NCBI GenBank assembly: GCA_040954595.2
Contig: CM082592.2
Location: 10,734,017-10,798,016, forward strand
DNA: 64,000 bases
From: Balanoglossus misakiensis
Taxonomy: Eukaryota; Animalia; Hemichordata
Direction: 5' to 3'
Numbering within the stretch: the first letter of the stretch is position 1; each line of letters starts with the position of its first letter. Positions 52,101-63,977 of the stretch are shown one piece after another. The notes under the pieces are model-generated. The model was not told the origin of the DNA, made no database searches, and saw nothing but the letters and a program-made list of their open reading frames with translations. The position numbers were made by a program, and so were the translations under genes.

Positions 52101-55100
52101 ACATTCCCCTGTCCCTATGACGTATATACAAATCATTACAAAAAGAATGGTTTGGAAAAATACTGTATAAAAGAGTCGCCTTACATGTGTGCGTTTTGTA
52201 TAACTTTCTCTTGGCACAACACAGTTGCATTTATTCTCCTTGGAGATTGGATAACCTTCACACTCTTTTAAAAGTCCCTGACTTAGAGTTTCTTGCGAGC
52301 ACTCATCAATGTCCAATCAAAATACGAGTGACGCCACTGGGAATTCAAGAGAGATACATGTGTCCCTTTAAACCTCTGAGCAACCCCGCTTCAGTCTCAG
52401 CCACTAATCAACAGCCCACCGTCAGATTCCCCCCCTAAGAAACCTATTCTCGAGTGATTTGGCATATTTCATCGATAGTAGTGATTATAATTGTTGACAG
52501 TTATGACGTCATTGCTGTTAGTCATATCCTTCGAGACATATTAATCTAAGCTTTCTGATAGCGCCGTAAGAAATCCAATCTCTCTGGGCATAGCTTGGGA
52601 AGTATTTGACACAATTGTTGTAGTTAGATATTCGCTGGTGAAATAATCTAAAAATCGATGAACGCAATACGTTAACGCTAATTTCTCTGTGTTACTGTAC
52701 GAAAGTTAACATGGTTCAACACACATACAGTATATATAGTTACGTACGGTATGCATACTAAGTGAGTGTTTATTGGGTGCAATTATTATGAGTATTAATG
52801 CATTGTGTTTATAATTAAGCTAACGGTTTTGACGCCAGACGAACATCAAGCCTATAAGCTTTCAACTTTGAATAGACGATTTCCTGCTCATTGTGAAATC
52901 TTGTCAAATTTAATTGTAAATATGTTTGGGTTGTTTTCATGTGTTCAATTGTTATTCTTAATCTTGTCGACTGCACAAAAATGCATTGGCTGCTCATGGA
53001 CACACGGGTTTCACGTTTGGCCAAATCTTGTTCAAATATTCGCATACGTGACTCGCATGCACATGAAGACAATGCACCCTTGTTGTCCCTTTTCACGTAA
53101 ATACCTCGGTCACGGTATCGCATCGTACCTTCGGGGAAGAAAAGCGATCGACTTCTCGCAGATGGGTCACACATACACATCCAACTATCGGTCGTACAAA
53201 AGAAAAAACACGATTTACACTCCATTCGTGCTTCTGAAACAGCTTTTGAAAATAATTTGGTATCTGTGATTATTCCGGGCGCGAATTCGTGCTCAAATCG
53301 TATAAAAACAGCTCGTTGCCCGAAGCCAAACAGAAATTCATGATTCATCAACAGTTCTTGCAATTTTCAATGTCAAACTTTGAAGTCAAGAACAGTCGTG
53401 TGTCTCGTAGGCCTTGGATAATTGTTTACTGGATGTCTCTCATACAGTCTGCTGAATTTTACCGACTCTTGAGGAACGTGTTATTCGTCTGTGCTATATG
53501 TTTGCGAGTTACAGTGTACTTTATTTCCTGACACACAAGTCCTCCTTGAAAACTTAAATGGCCGAAAACTGGGGTGAAGGCATCCACGTTTTTACCACTG
53601 CTGCCTATATTGTATATAGCTTGCTGCCAAGCCCTGCAAACATGCCATGCACTCAACAACCGACAGGTTCTAATGCCCTGTGTCCTCATTAGGCAGTACC
53701 ATCGGCTTTGCCATTTCCTGCAACACTTAAGCACGGAGACTCGCTCGCGTTTAAGTCAATTTCGCAGATCCGTCCGCTCGGCTCTGAAAACGAAGCCATC
53801 AGCGAGCTCTGTGTAAAACGATCTTCCCAGGTCCCTTCTCCGGGAAATAGGGTCACTTCCATCGGGACAGGAAAACGATCCCCGCCGACGCAGGGTTTTG
53901 TTGGCAGAAGATCATACATGCGCATATGGATTCACTGCAGCCGTGAGGATAAGTCCGGCTTCTTCATTACGTTTGTGCATATTTTCGAAAACTAATAGGC
54001 AGAAAACTGGAATGAGGAATGTAATTCTGTGTATTAGATTCCCCAACATACGTCATCGACTAATCAATAACGGTATCCGCTCAGATCATGCAATAATTAC
54101 TAGATCCGACTGATAGACCGCAATTAATCTTCGAATTCCATCAGGATTTTCATTAATAGCATCGTCATGTTACTCGAGGACCGTGCCTCCCAAATTTTCT
54201 TGATCTGACTGGAATTTGTTTTTCATCAGCTTCTCCGCTGTATAATTGGAAACGCGGCAGATATGATGGCGTTGAATCTATTGATGGCGCCCTTCGCGTT
54301 TGACTGTCAGAAACTGACGCTGATAAACCCATCTGGACAATAAATCATACATCTATCGTCACAGGAAGCATTTATTCGCTGTCTTTGCTTTGATATGTTC
54401 ATGGTGCAAAGATATCCCACATCTTCTTGCAAGGTAAAACAGTAAAAACTGATCAGACAGAATATCCTGCATCTTTCTGAGATGTGACTTGACTACAAAC
54501 ACCAACCAATTGCACAACACAATTTTAGCAAGATTTCATTAATATCTCAGAGACCCAGATTACTAAACATTTCAGTGTAACGCCATTGAGAGACAAAAAA
54601 TAAATTCTGACACAAAACGCAACATTGCAAACCATATCACTCCGAAAATGCATTCCCAATGCACGACACGAACCAGCCTGTCTCCCACCTGTGACTAATT
54701 CCTCTTATAGAGAAGCCCATGTGTGATGACGCAAGCGATTTCTTCCAGGCACCGTTGAAATCCTGAAACAAGCTCTCCCTTGATTTCCGTATAAAATATA
54801 ATCTGGGGTCTTCTCTCAAAGAGCCGAAAATACCCCTGTAGATTGAAACTGCCAAAACTGTAACCTCATTTACTGCCAAAATTACCTGGGCTTACTCGAT
54901 GATTGAGCGCAAGGGAAACACAAGATCACTTTAGTGTTTTTCGGATGGAGATGAAGACATGAAGGCAGACAGAGTTGAGAAATGTCGCCAGAGACATGAC
55001 CTTGAACTGATTCGACTGACAGGTCAAATCTCAGCAGTAGTGCTCCAGACTAGACGCAACTTCACGTGATAAAAGTCTCAAGGATGACCTGAGTGTATCT

Positions 55101-55129
55101 TCAAAGATTTGCGTTCAATTCTGCTTTAC

Positions 55130-55271
55130 ATGATGATGATGCTAACGATGGTGATGATGATGATGATGATGATGGCATTGATGATGATGATGATGATGAT
55201 GGCGATGACAATGATGATGGCAATGATGATGGCAATGATGACGATGGCAATGATGATATGATGATGACGAT
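55130..55271. repeat. Degenerate (GAT)n microsatellite
   Basis: GAT runs interrupted by GGC/AAT/GAC; this produces the spurious poly-Asp ORF 55093-55278. Confidence 0.92.
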
Positions 55272-58200
55272 CACTTAACACACTGCTATGTATATATACA
55301 CATATGTATGTGTGTGTATCTTAAGTGGAGCAGCAGTTCTTAGCATCATTGGGAACATAAATCTGCAGGATTACACGCACGACGAACACAGGAACACAAA
55401 CACCATCAGAAAATGTATGTGTAAATGCAAAGTAACCTTACATCAATCTGTGAACAGAGATTTTCAGTGATATATAGGTGGAACAAGATTCCTCATTGAT
55501 ACCCTTGACTGAAAATATGTCACTTGGGTAGAATCAGGTGAGTCTTGGACAAATTAGATCGCCACAAATCGTGCATATCAATCACAGCTCATGCACTCTA
55601 TAGACAGACACCCTGCGGCTTTTGTGATTTTATGACAGCATACTTCATACTCCATCATGTAATTAGACGCAAGATTTAGGACCCTGTCTTGCTTGAACTC
55701 GCCAAGTGTATGTAATACACGACAGCACAGTACCGACATAAGCTCACTAATATCACACAAATTAATCCACTAAAAGGGAACGTAGCCCGACAAGAAAGTC
55801 CCTTTAAGTCGGATTCTCTGAGCTTTTCAATCAACGTAATTGTCTGCAAGAGTATGATCAAGTCGGCGATGATTATTAGTGGGTGGATGAAGCGGTCACG
55901 TGGGGCCAGGTACTTTCTGGTCCCTGGACGTGTGTCAGGTTTAACAGATGCCCACAGAGAAGGTGACCGAGCTATCAAGACAATCAATCATGATAAGCGT
56001 ATGGCCGTATAACTTTGATCAAACGTGTCAGGCATTTTGATGTTCACTCTTCATTTCACAGTGCTGAGCCTCGGATACTTATGATGGTCAGACCGTGGGG
56101 TGTATTCAATTTTTTATGACCAAAGTTCAGTCATGCAAGCTTATATGGTCATTTCTCACTTATAGAAACATCCAATATCTACCATAGAGACATAAAGAAT
56201 CCCTGACTTTCCCTTGTTTTCTAAGTCGTCTCTCTACATTAATTTGACTAATCCCAATTTCAACACTCCATTTTCTTCACAATTCGGTTTATACACAGTC
56301 AGCCATGATTTTCAAAGTAGGTTAAAACCATTGTCGTGTAGCCGACATCAATTCCACAAAACAGCATGCTCAATCCAGATGAAACGAGTTCTCTGCCGAC
56401 CTATTTAGAATGTCCTATTAAAACCGCTCGCTTGGGTTCCAACAATCTTTACTGTATGCATGACTCAAACCCTTCATACATTTCGTACGTTAATTGCTCA
56501 GTCAACTTGCCAATCCACAAAAAAACATTCTATACAGTATATGAACATCTGCAACAAAAATTGATCAGCCTACATATTGTGTTTCTTTCACCTAAAGGTT
56601 TACTAACCTATAATGAGCAAAGTCAAGGAGAAGATGTCACGCAGCCCTCAAAAACACCCTTCAATCAGCACAATCGTTTTCAATAATTCAGTCTCCTCGT
56701 CAAGCAGACAGACTCCCTCAGAAATCGACTAACAAGTATTGATCGCATATGCATAATTAAGAGACAGCTGGTTAGTTCATCTTTCTTTCAAGTACCGACC
56801 CACTGAGTTTATGTCGTTCTTTTTGCTACTTTCTCCCTGCAGACCAGTGATTTACGGATTATATTACAGGTGTACGTGGAAAACGTGGAGACTGCCTGGT
56901 TGGCAGATTACCATCATCATGCAAACTACTGTTACAGTAGTGAAAACTACACTTAAAATCTAGGGTAATACTCTGCATTGACTGTTAGCCATCTGCACTG
57001 AATACATGTGATTTTAGAAATTGGAATGATGGAACTTGAAGTCCTGTGCGAGCAGGTATCATTATCACCAACGTTCTTTTAGAATAAATGCAATTGCTTC
57101 GATGTTGACACCAATGCAACAAAAGGTTACTACTTCATTCCGTTTGCTTGTTTAGGTTTTCAGATAGCGCGCAATTTCTCCACCAGGCAATGATGAAGTT
57201 GATCCGCCTCACCTCTAAATTACACATGCCCATATATGGTCAAAAGGACATGATTGGCACAATGTCCACCAAAGAGCTTTGGAACTTCTAGATGCCAAAG
57301 CTATTTAGTGAGACAGAAGATTTTGTCAGGTGTGTCTGTGTGACTTACCAGAAACTGTACCTTGTTTGTCTGGTGAACCTTCCAGAATATTCCCTGAGAA
57401 CACACAGTAAAACCATCAGGGGGTGCATTTCCTATTCTACTCCTACTCTTGCTTAACAGCCTATATCATGAACTTCGCCATTATCAGGAATCAACTGGAG
57501 TGAAAAAGAAGGTGCATAGGCAACAAGTGTTACCAAAAATTGCAGGAATTATGCTTTCAGCAGATATGTGCATGTATACCTAGAATGCTGTTGGTTGTAT
57601 TCAAGAGGTTCTTGTGTATAATTCCCCAGACCCAAGTCTTGATAGCCTTGTTTTGGGTCTGGGTAACTGAAACCAGGTACCATCTGTACAAGACTTTAAT
57701 TCTAATGACTGAAATTCAACCAATTTTGGTATTAAAAATAATAATAATAATAATACTTGATTTGAAATAAAAATAACTGAAATACATGCAAAAGAAAATA
57801 ACTCAATCACTTTTAATGAATGACACAGAACAAATGACATTGCACAGTTAGATGTTATTTTGCTGTTATAAAGTTTTTTACAGTTTACATTCCAGGAATT
57901 CTGAAATCTGTTTTCCTTGGCCTTTTGAACCATCTTTCAATCATATTTGATGCATCTGAAAATGTCAGTTTAAAGTGTGGCTTAAATTGTTTTTCTTTAT
58001 GTATACATGTACTCTTTATGATGGTTCAGGCATTCTTTTCCTGCAGCAATTTCCCAGCACTTTTCAAGGCTGTAAATTATTCTGAACTTCCCTCAACCAC
58101 ACAAGTATAATTAATATAAATGTTTATGTAAATCCGTAAAAGAAAAAGTCTAGAGTATTAAAGATATAAAGTTGTTGATTGTGTTTTCAAGACTTAAAAG

Positions 58201-58393
58201 TAATTTTCATCTACAGTAAATTTTCAAAACCCTGTTTTACAATTTTCACCCTAAATTTTGCTCAAAACAAAATTCATTGAAAAGATAAAGAAAAGATGAA
58301 ATTATTTGTGCTTCAGTTTCATAACAGTTTGGTATAATTCTTGGTCTCCATTCTCGTGATACCTCTGCGGTACACTTCATTCAGATCACAAAA

Positions 58394-58612
58394 TTACCGA
58401 GATTTCCTGAGTTCCATTCTGGCGACCGCTCTGCGGTGAACTTCGTCTGGCCCATCGGCCAATCGGAGGATCCTGGCCCAGGCAAAGAATGCCGCCATGG
58501 GGAAATCATGATTCAGTCCCGCAGCACCATGGGCTTGCATGGATCTGTCAATCACCCGCTGAGCCATGTTTGGAGCGATAATTTTGATCATGGCTATCTC
58601 AGGAGCCGCAAC
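58394..58612 (-). CDS. ACAD10: ACAD10 last coding exon ([10 protein letters not shown]...LADGPDEVH...LRKSR*)
   Basis: AG at 58613-14, TAA at 58394-96, 219 nt. Confidence 0.92.
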   Translation of the reverse strand, partial: VAAPEIAMIKIIAPNMAQRVIDRSMQAHGAAGLNHDFPMAAFFAWARILRLADGPDEVHRRAVARMELRKSR

Positions 58613-61600
58613 CTGTCAAGAAATAGGACAAGAATTGACAGGTGAAGCAAACCACATTACTAGCAAAGATTTATGCATTTGTAAATAAACTTAGAAATTG
58701 TAAATGTGTGTTTATACACCATTTTTTGTACATGTATCATGTGAATTCTTCAGTGACTGATACTCATCGAATTCCACAACAATCAACATGTGACATTTGA
58801 CATGTATGCAGGTAGGTCTATTGTAGAGATGCAAGATCACACCCTTTACATGAATATATTTATCCACTCACAAAATCAAGGCCTTACAAGCCAGAGGGAT
58901 TTAAATTTAATGCATTTCAAACACTTCAATTCAAATGGGGGCATGTCTTTCATCTTATAACATGTAAATTACCTTATTGCCAACTGTATCCATGAGATGT
59001 GCCGCTTTGAGTGTCAGTAACCTCGACTGTTCGATATCAATTCTAGACTCTGCAATATCTGCTTGTATTGTTCCCTGTTCAACCAATGGTTTTCCAAATG
59101 CAACTCTCTCCTTCACCTGTGTATATTAGCAGAACAATAATTTTCATTAATGGCAATGAACGCAGTTTTTCAGCACTGAAATGTCACAATGTTTTGTAAA
59201 TGTTGCCAAAGGAAATAATACAGTAGAATAATATAGGTAACCTCACAAATTATGACCATGTAAGTGTACAATGGGGGCGCTGTGCACAGCATATCCTACA
59301 CTCTTATAATATGCCACCATGAGAAGAAATACTCTGATTTCTGTATTGCAGACTTACTCTTTTTATCATCAATTCCAGAGATCTTTCAGCATATCCAATT
59401 AGTCTCATACAGTGATGTATGCGTCCTGGTCCAAGACGACCCTGTTAAGAAACAAAGACTAAATCACACATGACAACAAAAATGACTTTATATATTGTTT
59501 TTCATAGCATGATCCTGTCATATTGGAATGCAGATGACAAATTGCATTCAGTGGATAAATGTAAATTTCTCTTCCTGAAATTGATGTGTTCGTGTATAAA
59601 CCCACCTGTGCAATTTCAAAACCTCTTCCTTCACCTAGCAACAGGTTTGATGCAGGCACCCGAACATTTTCAAAGACAACTTCTCCATGTCCAGCTGGTG
59701 AATCCTGATAGCCGAAGACTGAGAGCGGACGAATAACTTTTACGCCTAGAAGGAGACAAAACACTTTTGAGCATCAGATGCAGTAGCTAGGACATACATT
59801 TACATTTTCAACATGTGAATCATGTAAAGTGAATCATTTCTACATTGCATATGCTGTAGCAAGACAGAATAAAATCTTACCTGGACTGTCCATAGGAACC
59901 AAAATCATGGATTGCTGTACATGTCTGGCACCACCTGGGTCTGTCTTTCCCATGAATATTATCAATTTACATCTGGGATCCAGCGCTCCAGATGTCCACC
60001 ATTTTCTACCATTCAACACGTATTCTCCACCGTCTCTTTCAATTGATGATCTGATGTTTGTGGCATCTGAAGACGCTACCTGTAAATGCAAGCTGGTGTC
60101 AGAACAGCGCATTGTATGAATAAAGTTCTTTCTTGGGACAGAGCGCAATCTCGAAAGTGCTGGTGGGTGTGCTCACAAAACTAGAATAGATTATGGTCAG
60201 GCATCAAAAGACGCAAAGCTGATGCTCACTAAATTTGTCTAGACCGACTTACCTCTGGTTCTGTCATTGCAAAGCAAGATCGTATCTTTCCTTCCAGTAA
60301 TGGCGTCAACCACTCTTTTTTCTGTTCCTCTGTTCCATATTTCACCAACACTTCCATGTTACCAGTATCAGGGGCAGAACAGTTGAAAACCTTTTCAGGA
60401 ATTAAAAGTCAGATAAAAAATAGAATAATCCCATACAATTATTACCTAGACAGCTGATACCAAGACAGTTAAATCACAAAACTGATGTGTCTTCTTGAAC
60501 TAACACCTACATGTATCTCTATACTGGAAAGATAACAAATTTCACATCTACATCTATGTGCAATAACATTCAGATGAAAACCAATCCAGAATTTTGCTCA
60601 CCTCTGGAGCAATCAATGATCTTCCCATGCTTTCACAAATGAAAGCATATTCCACATTGGTAAGTCCGGCTCCATACTTGCATTCCGGATCACTCTCTCT
60701 CGGAAGGAACAAATTCCACAACCCTTCGGATTTTGCCTTTTCCTGTTCAGAGCAAAAAGCCACAAGGTGGTCACTCACAGCAGTTGAGGACTAGAAAAAT
60801 TTTGCTTGAGTGAAAAAAGCTATCAACATGTAATTGCACATAAAAATACCAAAATTTCAGACAATACATCTGTACATGTTATCAGAAGCCAATACAGGCC
60901 ACGATTTTCATGTAAACATTGTGGTGATATACCTTCAGTTCCTCCATGATCGGATGAATAGTCCATCTGTCTTCAGACATCTGATGTTCCACCAATTCTT
61001 TCTCGCGTGGAGTCACATATTCCTCGATGAAATCTGTCACTCTCTGGTGGAGTTTTTGTACGTGTTCTGGTAGGGCCGACTTCAGGATTGGGAGCAAACC
61101 TGTCGACCAATACACACAACCACAGTAATTAGTCAAATGGAAATGGTTACGAAACAAGATACATGTAAAGTGTACCGGTAGTTCTAAACACACAGCTTTA
61201 ATACACAGATTTTGATGAAATTGAATTCAGTCTTACCAAGCGAAGTAGTGCTAGCTCCACTATCTGTGGAATAATGTCTCTTGACCGGATGTGCACTTGA
61301 AGTGGAGTAACGTTTTCTTCCACCTTGATTCCATGTCTTGGCCGTCTTTTCTTGAGACAGCAGCTTGGAATCATGCTTCTCGGCATACTTCCAAGCCAGG
61401 TTGGCCATTTGGTCAGCCATGGCACCAACTGCTTTGGCTTTGGTGGAGGTTGCCTGCCCTATGATTTCAGATGGAAAAGGTTTTAGTATTGGTCTGGTAG
61501 TTTCCATGAAACATTAGCCAACACAAGTGACCTTAAACAGACCTATATCTGCCAGTCCTTTATTACCCAAACCAACACTCACCATTTAAATAAAAAAAGT

Positions 61601-63977
61601 ATGATGTCACTGACCTTGCATGGACCTCTTATAAACTCCCTGTAAGATGGCAGCAATTCTGAAGAAACAGAAAGCCATGTGGACATCGATATTTTCCACA
61701 TTAGTCAATCCAGTATGTCTGCAGTATTCTTCAATAAACTCTTCCATAGTATGAATGCCCATAGCTTTTAAATCCCCGTCTTTGAGTCCTGTGTGAAGAG
61801 GTATTTGACCATTTAAACATTCAACCATGAAGTAAACACACCACTGATCATTCACATGGTTATATCGCTAATCTATAAGTTTGTTGTGCCACTGCATGCT
61901 AGTGTTATGCATGCAAGTGTGCCTGATGTGTATACTCATGAATATGCTTGCAAACATCATGAAAAAATGCGCATTTTAACTGTATGTTAGCATTCTGTGA
62001 AACTGTGAACATGCCATGATGGTCCTACCTGGGATAACTTTGTTATCTGAATCAAAATCATAAACTATGCAAGCATAAGCCAGGTCTGATATGGGGTCAC
62101 CAAGGGTTGACAGTTCCCAGTCTAATATGGCCAGCACCTCTGCTTTGGTTGGGTGAAAGATCAAATTATCCAGTCTGAAGTCCCCATGTACAACTGAGGT
62201 TTTGTCTGTTTCTGGATAATTCTGTGGTAGCCACTTCATCAACTTATCCATGGCAGGTATTTCATGAGTTTTACTGACTTCATACTGTTTTGACCATCTC
62301 TCAGTTTGACGCTTGACATAATTACCTGTGAATGAATAAATGAATGAATGAAGAATAAATGAAAAGGTAATATGTACAACAGACAGAGGTAGATAGACAG
62401 ATAGATAGATAGTTCACATACCGTGTTTGCCAAACTTTGCGAGGCCTGCCTTCTCAACATCCACAAGATGAATTTGACTGAGTACTTTACAGATTTCTGA
62501 GTAGATCTCACTTCTTTCTTCTTTGCTCATGTCAGGCAAAGTGCAATTTTCGAAGATCCTCCCTCTGACGTATTCCATGATATAAAAAGGTGTTCCAATG
62601 ATGCTATGTATAGAAAAAATACATGCATACAGCTTGATATTTTTAACAATTGTACAAGTGATAATCATGTGCACAACGTAAGCAACCTTATTGACATTAG
62701 AGATACAAAGTTTTTTACTTTTCTACTTGCTTGAGGCATATACAAGTTAAGCATTTAGCATATAGGACACATGATTAATTTCCCAAGTATACCAGTATGC
62801 CACTCACAAGTAATACCGGTATATCTTACCTACTGTCTTCACACAGGTCAATGACCTTCGGTACAGGCACGCCAGATTCTCCCATTGCTTTCATCACCTG
62901 ATACTCTCTTTCCACGGCGTGAGCTGACGGAAGCAGCTTTCCCGGTGGTTTCTTCCGTAACACCAATTCCCGACCTCCGTATCCGATGTAATACGTTGGG
63001 TTGGACTGACCGTGTTTGAATTCCCGGATGTTTGGAGATTCCTGGGAGGTGATTCCCAGTTTACTGTCAAGATATGCGACAAGCGAGTCCGTTGGAAGCT
63101 CCATACCTTTCCTGACAGCAATGGTACCTTGGACGTACCCAGACAACGGTAAACTAAGAATTTCACTCAGCTCCTTCAAGGCTACATTTATATCTTTGAC
63201 CTAAAAACAGAGAAAGAACTTTGAGAAATATAGAATATTACCAAATCAATACTTTGGTTAAGTAAAAGGCATTAGTGTAAAACAAGACTGGTTTCGTTTT
63301 TTTAAATCAATTTTTCATATACATTTTCTATCATTTCACTTATACAACGCAGGACGCAAGAGTCAATACTCAATGTACATATGCATTTGCTATCAACAAA
63401 GCCTGAGACATAATATTACGAAATATCCCTTTGCATGATTGAATGTTTTACAGGCACTTTCTGAATGAAATATTCCCTGACAATACCTGGATTGTTCTGA
63501 TGCCAACTTCAGCTGCTCCCTTCAAATAAACGCTAATGTCATCAAGAAAGACAGTCTCCTCTGGACTAACTCCTAGTTTTTCTAAACACAGTTGATAGAT
63601 TTTGTGATTTGGTTTCTTCATCTTCACCAGGGCCGACTCAACCACCTGAGAAATCAAGGAATTGACTGTGATAAAAGGACATCAACAAAATGGAGGAATT
63701 AAATCTCTCATGAATGAGATTTTATAATTCAGAATATCTTCTCCATTCCTAATGCACTATATCTATAAAAAGTACATGTACTTACAACATCAAAATGTTT
63801 CTCTTCTACAGGTCTCAGCGACTTTCCATCAGGGTGAACCCAATTATTGGTCAATAATGCTGTCTTAATGCCCTCTGCTCGTAAACACGCCAGAGCATCT
63901 AAAACTTGTGGGAATGGTTCTGATGCGTGTCTCTTGTAATGTGGCAGCAAATCAGATACGGACACACGTTTTCCAAG
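58394..63977 (-). CDS. ACAD10: Acyl-CoA dehydrogenase family member 10 (HAD-like + APH/choline-kinase-like + ACAD domains); 15 coding exons in window, 5' end outside window
   Basis: The exons join in frame at GT-AG sites to give 2829 nt (942 aa + stop). Motifs: ALLTNN, KKP and VFLDD (HAD); [31 protein letters not shown] and [10 protein letters not shown] (kinase); [47 protein letters not shown] and LADGPDEVH (ACAD10/11-type). The N-terminal HAD domain distinguishes ACAD10 from ACAD11. Confidence 0.95.
58973..59116 (-). CDS. ACAD10: ACAD10 exon ([11 protein letters not shown]...MDTVGNK)
   Basis: AG 59117-18, GT 58971-72, 144 nt, phase 0/0. Confidence 0.92.
59358..59441 (-). CDS. ACAD10: ACAD10 exon ([16 protein letters not shown]...)
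   Basis: AG 59442-43, GTAAGT donor with GT at 59356-57, 84 nt. Confidence 0.93.
59606..59745 (-). CDS. ACAD10: ACAD10 exon ([11 protein letters not shown]...GRGFEIAQ)
   Basis: AG 59746-47, GT 59604-05, 140 nt. Confidence 0.92.
59881..60079 (-). CDS. ACAD10: ACAD10 exon (VASSDATN...[10 protein letters not shown]...PMDSP)
   Basis: AG 60080-81, GTAAG donor with GT at 59879-80, 199 nt. Confidence 0.93.
60253..60390 (-). CDS. ACAD10: ACAD10 exon ([13 protein letters not shown]...FAMTEPE)
   Basis: AAG acceptor (AG 60391-92), GTAAGT donor with GT at 60251-52, 138 nt. Not in the ORF track. Confidence 0.9.
60602..60742 (-). CDS. ACAD10: ACAD10 exon ([14 protein letters not shown]...APE)
   Basis: AG 60743-44, GTGAG donor with GT at 60600-01, 141 nt. 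Confidence 0.93.
60933..61099 (-). CDS. ACAD10: ACAD10 exon (LLPILK...IMEELK)
   Basis: AG 61100-01, GT 60931-32, 167 nt. Confidence 0.88.
61237..61458 (-). CDS. ACAD10: ACAD10 exon (QATSTKA...kinase-ACAD linker)
   Basis: AG 61459-60, GTAAG donor with GT at 61235-36, 222 nt. Confidence 0.88.
61615..61788 (-). CDS. ACAD10: ACAD10 exon (LKDGDL...[16 protein letters not shown])
   Basis: AG 61789-90, GT 61613-14, 174 nt. Confidence 0.92.
62029..62325 (-). CDS. ACAD10: ACAD10 exon (NYVKRQ...HGDFRLDN...[10 protein letters not shown]...)
   Basis: AG 62326-27, GT 62027-28, 297 nt. Confidence 0.93.
62422..62603 (-). CDS. ACAD10: ACAD10 exon ([12 protein letters not shown]...FGKH)
   Basis: AG 62604-05, GT 62420-21, 182 nt. 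Confidence 0.92.
62830..63200 (-). CDS. ACAD10: ACAD10 exon (VKDINVA...HGQSNPTY...LRKKPPG...LCEDS)
   Basis: AG 63201-02, GTAAG donor with GT at 62828-29, 371 nt. Confidence 0.93.
63487..63645 (-). CDS. ACAD10: ACAD10 exon (VVES...KKP...VFLDD...IRTIQ), HAD domain
   Basis: AG 63646-47, GT 63485-86, 159 nt. Confidence 0.92.
63786..63977 (-). CDS. ACAD10: ACAD10 exon (LGKRV...ALLTNNW...HFDV), HAD domain
   Basis: GTAAG donor with GT at 63784-85; probable AAG acceptor (AG 63978-79) after a pyrimidine tract at the window edge; 192 nt. Confidence 0.82.

Noticed and set aside
55093-55278. Acidic poly-Asp protein (biomineralisation-like)
   Set aside because: It is a translation of a (GAT)n microsatellite with a GTG start and no signal peptide; similar GAT/CAT tracts occur elsewhere in non-coding DNA.
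6428-58110. The many other 60-140 aa ORFs in the track
   Set aside because: Lengths and composition are as expected for random non-coding DNA and I recognised no domains. Small exons of an unrecognised gene cannot be excluded without RNA-seq or homology searches.
24904-63977. ABHD15 + ACAD10 as a lipid-metabolism gene cluster
   Set aside because: They are 32 kb apart and adjacency alone is weak evidence in animal genomes; conserved microsynteny or co-expression would be needed.
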